Below, in pieces: positions 58,092-64,000 of a stretch of 64,000 nucleotides of DNA. Numbering within the stretch: position 1 is the stretch's first letter; every line of letters starts with the position of its first letter. The DNA lies in the NCBI GenBank assembly GCA_964016885.1, contig OZ024743.1:215078001-215142000 (forward strand). Direction: 5' to 3'. The notes beneath the pieces were generated by a model. It did not search any database and was not told where the DNA came from. It saw nothing but the letters and a program-made list of their open reading frames with translations. Origin of the DNA: Eledone cirrhosa. Taxonomy: Eukaryota. The position numbers and the translations under genes are program-made.

Positions 58092-60410
58092 TTTCTTTAT
58101 TAACCACAAGGGTTTACATAAAGAAGACATTAAGGACAGTGCAGGACATTACAGGACGGTACAAATGAGCATTTCTGCGTGTAAAAAACAAAAAACAGAG
58201 GATGTAACAAAAAATAACAATGAAAAATTCCCCAATAGGGGGAGACTTCGGAGAGACATTTGTGGAGAAAGCCCAGTAAAAGGCCACAGTGACCCTGACC
58301 ACCAAGGCAAGTGCCCTCTCCCAGTTTTCCACCTTTAATTTACAGATATATACTCAGAGTAGGCCCATTCACTCGGGCCATTCTTGCTTCTCTCACCCAT
58401 CTTTCAACAAAATACTGGGAAGAGAGCACTTCCCTCTCTACTCTGATTTTCCTTTTCAAATGAAATTTGAAAAAGTCAATCAGAGCATCACCGAAGAGGT
58501 AAGTGCTCGTCTTCAGCCCTTTCAGACGTGTCCACCATACTCTCTCTTTCGCCATGGCCACCAGACAGATAAACACTGCCTGCCCTTCCCGGCTAAAGGA
58601 GGAGGGCGGGGCAATCCTCACGATGGACTCAGATGGTAGCCGTATCCGTCCTCCACGCGACAGCAGGTGTTCGACATAAACCCACAAGTCAGCAATTTTC
58701 GGACACTGGACGAGTGCGTGCAGGACGGTTTCGTCGCCCTGTGCGCATCTCGGACATTCCCGGCTGACGGCACATCCATGCCTGTAGAGTTTATCCCGAA
58801 CTGGAAAGGCTCCTCGGTAGCACTGCCAGGCCAGAGATTTCTGGAAGTTGTCCATAGGCCCTGGCTCGAAAGTTCTTCCGAAGAGATTGGCTAGTTGATT
58901 TTCGTCGACGCCTAGAGTTTCCCCAAGTACATCGTCGCTCTTCCCCTCCAGTAATACTCTATAGAACGCCGAGGTGGAATTTACACCGATCACATTGCCC
59001 GACTGGTCGCGGGCTGTGAGCGCCTGAAGACATTCCAGTCTCCAGGCGCCCCCTCTCGGTCTTCGCTTGACCCAGGACTGCAGCTCCGTCAAGGAAACGA
59101 GCTGGGGAAATACGTGTCTAGCAAACGGCGACCACACATGATCACCGTCGAGGAAGAGGTGGAGATGTCGTAGACTGAGCACGTGCCTGCGCATCATCAA
59201 CCACGGCATGCCCAGCCATCCACGTAGCGGGTGTTGACAACAGATGGACCGCCTGACCATCGGAGCGCGTCTCTTCCACAAAAAGCGAAAGAGCAAACGA
59301 TCCAGCGCAGTCAGGCGAGGCTTAGGACAAGGTACGACGGTCAGGCGGTAGCAGATGACAGACGCGATGTACGCGTTAGCCACCTCCGCTCGACCTTTCA
59401 GGGATAGCTTCCTCTCCGCCCATTTCTGGGTGAGAGAAGCCACCCTGCTCGTCACCTCGTCCCAGTTTTTGTCCGTCTGGAGGTCCGGACCGAACAGACA
59501 CCTAGCAAATTAAACGGTCCGTCCGTCCAGCGTCCGACGACGCAGTTGTATGGCATGGACCTGTCTCTCCAGGTTCTGAGCCTCAGGCCCAATGACTTTT
59601 CCTGGTTGATCATTGCTCCTGCAACCGCTTCGTATTCTCTTAGTGTAGTGCCGATCGCCTCGATGTGTTTGGCGTTCGACACCACTACGGTGACATCGTC
59701 CGCATATGCTGACACGGATCTTCCGCATCCGAGTTCGTGCGGGACCCCTTCAACGCCTTCAGTTTGTCCAGTAATGGCTCGAGAGTCAATACGTACAAGA
59801 GGGACGAGAGGTGACATCCTTGGCGGACAGAGCGCATAAAAATTGAATGCCTCCAAACAGTGACCTGTCACTCTCACCACAGAGCAGATGTCGTTGTGCA
59901 TGGCAGCGTCCAGCCTCGGAAGCCTGGCCTATAGCCAACCACCTTCAGAACTGTTGCCAAGTAACTATGGTCGACCCGATCGAAAGCTTTCGATTGATCT
60001 AAATTCACCAAGGACCCACCCGTGCCAGGTTCCCTAGCTACACTCTCTACGATGTATCGCATGAGGTAAAGGTTGTCTTGGATGGATCTGTCGGGAATGG
60101 CGCATGTCTGCGACTCTTTCACTAGACCACCAACGACCAGGGCCAACCTCTTTACTAACACCTTGGCCAAAGTCATGAACTCTGTGTATAGCAGAATTAT
60201 GGGCCTAAAATTATCTATGTTATCCCCCTTGTTCGGATCCTTTTTCAGCAGCGGTACAACTCCTCGGCTCACAGAGCTGTGCATTCTCCCGTTCTGTTGT
60301 CATTTGCAGTAGACGTCCGCCAAGAGACTTCCGACCAAGTCTGGCATCTGTACGTAACGTTCATAGGACAGACCATCCAACCCAGGCGATTTACCCCTTG
60401 TGCAGCCAGT
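58047..60410 (-). mobile_element. Tx1/L1-clade LINE, 5'-truncated (RT + C-terminal zinc finger), (ATT)n tail
   Basis: KSPGLDGL, FRPIILL, LDQSKAFDRVDH, AYADDVTV, LSLKGRAEVAN, CPRC..ETVLHALVQC. Frameshifted. 3' UTR 58090-58340. Confidence 0.92.
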
Positions 60411-60737
60411 CATTTCCTCACAAACTAACACCTCACACCGACACCACCATTGTAAATATTACTTCGTTTGCCAACATTAAATATATAAGCAGTAGCAATA
60501 TTTTAAATTTGTTTCAGGCAGACATTCATTTCCCCCCATTACCAACGACTGCAGGTGTTAAAGCCGCCACCCCCACCACCACCACATCGACAAGAGAAAC
60601 AAAAGAAAAAAATAAATTAACTCGTGATATCGAAATGAATTCAACCAAAATGAACTCTTCCACACCGAACACCACTGACGCTACCACCACAACTGAAACT
60701 AAAATTAACAATAACAAAAATAACGATAACAACAACA

Positions 60738-61432
60738 GCCGGGCATGTCCGAGATGCGCGCAGGGCGACGAAACCGTCCTGCACGCACTCGTCCAGTGTC
60801 CGAGCATTACTGACTTGTGGGTTTATGTCGAACACCTGGTGTGGCGTGTAGGACGAATCCGGCTATCAGCTGTGTCCATCGTGAGGATTGCCCCGCCCTG
60901 TTCCTTTAGCCGGGAAGGGTAGGCAGTTTTTATCTGTCTGCTGGCCATGGCGAAAGAGATAGTATGGTGGACACGTTTGAAAGGGCTGAAGACGAGCACT
61001 TACCTCTTCGGTGATGCCCTGATTAACTTTTTCAAATTTCATTTGAAAAGGAAAATCAGGGTAGAGAGGGAAGTGCTCTCTTCCCATCATTTTGTTGAAA
61101 GATGGGTGAGAGAAGCAAGTATGGCCCGAGTGAATGGACCTACTCTGAGTATGTGTCTGTAAATTAAAGGTGGAAAACAGGGAGAGGGCACTTGCCCTGG
61201 TGGTCAGGGTCACTGTGGTCTTTTAATGGGCTTTCTCCACAAATTTCCCTCGGAAGTCTCCCCCCTATTGGTGAATTTTTCTTTGTTATTTTATTACATC
61301 CTCTGTTTTTTTTACACGCATAAATGCCCATTTGTACCGTCCTGTATTGTCCTGTACTGTGCTTAATGTCTACTTTATTTAAACCCTTGTGGTTAATAAA
61401 GTAAACTATATTATTCTTATTCTTATTATTAT
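60738..61432 (+). mobile_element. Second Tx1/L1 3' fragment, inverted relative to the first
   Basis: CPRCAQGDETVLHALVQC..ARVNGPTLS plus 3' UTR; diverged reverse complement of 58090-58765. Confidence 0.92.
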
Positions 61433-61535
61433 TTGCCTTTCATCCTTACGGGGTCGATAAAATAAAGTACCAGTAATGCACTCGGTAAATTCTGGCCTTG
61501 TGCCTAAAGTAGAAACAATAATAATAATAATAATT
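61432..61535 (+). mobile_element. SINE 3' half with (AAT)n tail
   Basis: tttgcctttcatccttacggggtcgataaaataaagtacc matches 57118-57205. Confidence 0.85.
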
Positions 61536-61547
61536 ATTATTATTATT

Positions 61548-64000
61548 CTTTGTGTCTCAGTCATTGATATTATTTCACTGTAAAGGTTGTTGAAATGAAT
61601 ATCGAGTCGCTACCTGCAGCCTCAAATATTCAGGACGTATCCCAGTAAGCATGCCTTTTGAAGTGTTCCAAAAAGCGGGGCTGGACTAATTTGCTTTAGC
61701 TATTCTTGGAAAATCTTTGAGATAGTACCTAGTGCGCCTATGACAATCGGGACGACACTCACTTCATAGCAGTTCCAAATCCTTTTTAGCTCCCACATTA
61801 ATCCTGGTATCGGTTAATTTTCTCCCTCTCCTTTTCTTGCACTCTCGTGTCAAATGGGCAGGCTATATCTACAATCAGGCATGATCTTTTTTCCTTGTCC
61901 AAAACCATCATGTCAGGTCTATTGTGTTCCAGTTTCTTGTCCGTCTGTATCCTAAAATCACATAGCACCTTCACCTGATCGTTTTCTATCAACGACTTTG
62001 CCTTATGCTCATACCACTTCTCAGAATGTGGTAAATTGTTTACTTTGCATAGGTGCCAGTGGAGCACCCTGCCCTTCGCATCATGGCTCCAGCCTTTATA
62101 GGACACAGATCCAACACAGTGGGCTAACCTCCTCCTTGTAAATATGCTGTTTCACCCACTCTGTTCTGCTAATGGCTGCGTTTGCGCAGCCATTAGCATT
62201 CCTTCTGTAGCCTTTTTAAGGTCTTCTCTTTTTAACGAGTTCCACGTCTGTGGATCTCTAAATTCAGTTTTCTCAAAGAAGTTACTATGAAGGGATTGTT
62301 CATGAAGGTTGCTCTTCCTCCTTGCTGTTGTTTTCTCCTTGGACAACCTCTGGCATATTGTCCTCTCCTTCAGTACAATTCTGAGAATTGGCTCCCTACT
62401 GTCAGTCACGTATTTGTGCAGGTTGTTTTTCTTCATCTGAACACAGTCCTCTATGCTGATAAGACCTCTTCAACCTTCAGATCTCTTTAAGTAGAGTCTA
62501 TCGACTTGACTCCTCTTGTGGAACATGTCGTAGATAGTCAATAGCTTCCTAGTCTTCCTATCAATTTCTTTTTGTTCAACAACATTCGATTAAGAATTCC
62601 CGCACTGTACCTAATGATGGACACAGCTCGGGAATTCACTGCACTTATGACATTCTTACTATTTAGATGTGATTTAATACGCTCCTTACTCTCCTAATGT
62701 ACTCAGATCTTATCAATCCCTTCATTTTTTTGTTCTTGATGTCGTCTGCCTCCAGAACACCTAAATATTTGTATCCTTCTTCAGTGTCAATTTCCTTTAT
62801 CATCTGAACTGTTGGTACTTGGGTTCCGTTGCTTCTGCTCAATTTACCCCTCTTCATCACTAGGACTCCACACCTATTAATACCAAATTCCATACATATA
62901 TCATTGCTGAAAATACGGACAGTGTCAACAAGCACATCCAACTCCTTCTCACACTTCCCAAAGAGTTTAAGATTGTCCATGAAGAGATGATTGATGGTAA
63001 GCTCGCCTTTTCCCAACTTGTATCCTGCTCTTACTTTTCGTACTATAATGGTCAGGGGTATCAGAGCAAGGACAAATATCAGAGGGGACAAACTATCTCC
63101 CTGGAAGATACCTCTCTTGAGCTTCACGCCTCCCAGGGATTCACCAGCCGACGTTCACTCTGTTTCCCAGGACTTCATACTTTTGCTCAACAAGTCTGAT
63201 GTTATCTGCCACCTTGAAGATCTCTAGGTTTTGGTTATCCAAGAATGAGGTACCATATCGAATGCCTTTTTGTGATCTATCCATCCCATGGCAAGACCAG
63301 TGTGTCTCCTCTTGCAATTCCTCATTACTGGTCTATTGTACCACGTGACTTCTTTCGGCATCCTTTCTGTTCGTCCGGTAACAAGTTGTTTATGTGGAGG
63401 TGATGGTAGATTTCCTCAGACACAATGCTTGTTAACAGTTTCCACATTACGGACAGACATGGGATACGTCTATATTTTGTAACATCATTTCCCTTGATTC
63501 GGTCTTTCATTACCAGAACTGTGGTACCTTTTGTCAACCACTCTGGTACCTCACACGACATCAAGCAGTCATTGAACATGGTTGTCAGTTTCGGGTGGAG
63601 GGATGTTATATTTTTAATCCAATACCCTTGCACACAATCTGGGCCTGGTGATTTACAGTTGGTTAGTTTTTTGGCCTGCCCCCTAAGAGTTCAACTGTGT
63701 TACTCAAATCAGTTTGCTGGTGTGCCTGTCCACTAATCTCCTTTTGTACTGTCTCAATCCACACTTCCTGATCATTATGTTTAACATCCTGCTCCCATAT
63801 TCCTCTCCAGAATGTCTTAGTTTATTCCGCCTCAGGGATCAAGTCGTTGCCTCTTTCTTTCCCTTCAAGCTGTCCAAACAACATCTTCTGGTTGTTGTCA
63901 AACATGCGGTTCTGTCTATACTGACTGACTCTGCTCACATATCGCCTAATTTTTTCACTCTTTGCTACAATGCGTTGCTTCATTTCCTCTATGATAATAT
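61548..64000 (-). mobile_element. R4/Dong-clade non-LTR retrotransposon (RT + restriction-like endonuclease), degenerate; continues beyond window end
   Basis: EQKGCRK..GTIDQ, GWIDHKKAFDMVPH, GIFQGDSLSPL, HLFMDNLKLF, YKYLGV, HNRPDMMVLDK..IVDIACP..EKI. 3' end abuts (TAA)n. Confidence 0.92.

Overview
This is eukaryotic, AT-rich, repeat-saturated DNA, probably cephalopod/octopus (inferred from the tRNA-derived SINEs and the long (AT)n fields). I found no supportable host gene, and most ORF-track entries are (AT)n translations. Penelope-like retroelements (PLEs) dominate. They are an intact Neptune-type element (9198-14808), an intact Naiad-type element (43804-48170), three truncated Naiads and a truncated Penelope/Poseidon-type copy, mostly bordered by (AT)n tracts. 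Also present are a degenerate full-length Helitron (29288-35064), CR1-, RTE-, Tx1/L1- and R4/Dong-type LINE fragments, and SINEs. Three observations stand out. (1) The Neptune element has a separate coiled-coil-like ORF1 overlapping RT-GIY-YIG in the -1 frame, with an in-frame T TTT TTA GGG slippery site that suggests programmed -1 frameshifting. (2) About 26 type-I hammerhead motifs from about 9 families can be folded by eye, including core variants (U3/A8, C4, A4) and very long stem II forms. (3) A tandemly triplicated non-coding A-B-C unit is made only of hammerhead modules separated by variable (AT)n tracts. All folds and alignments were done by eye and coordinates are approximate.
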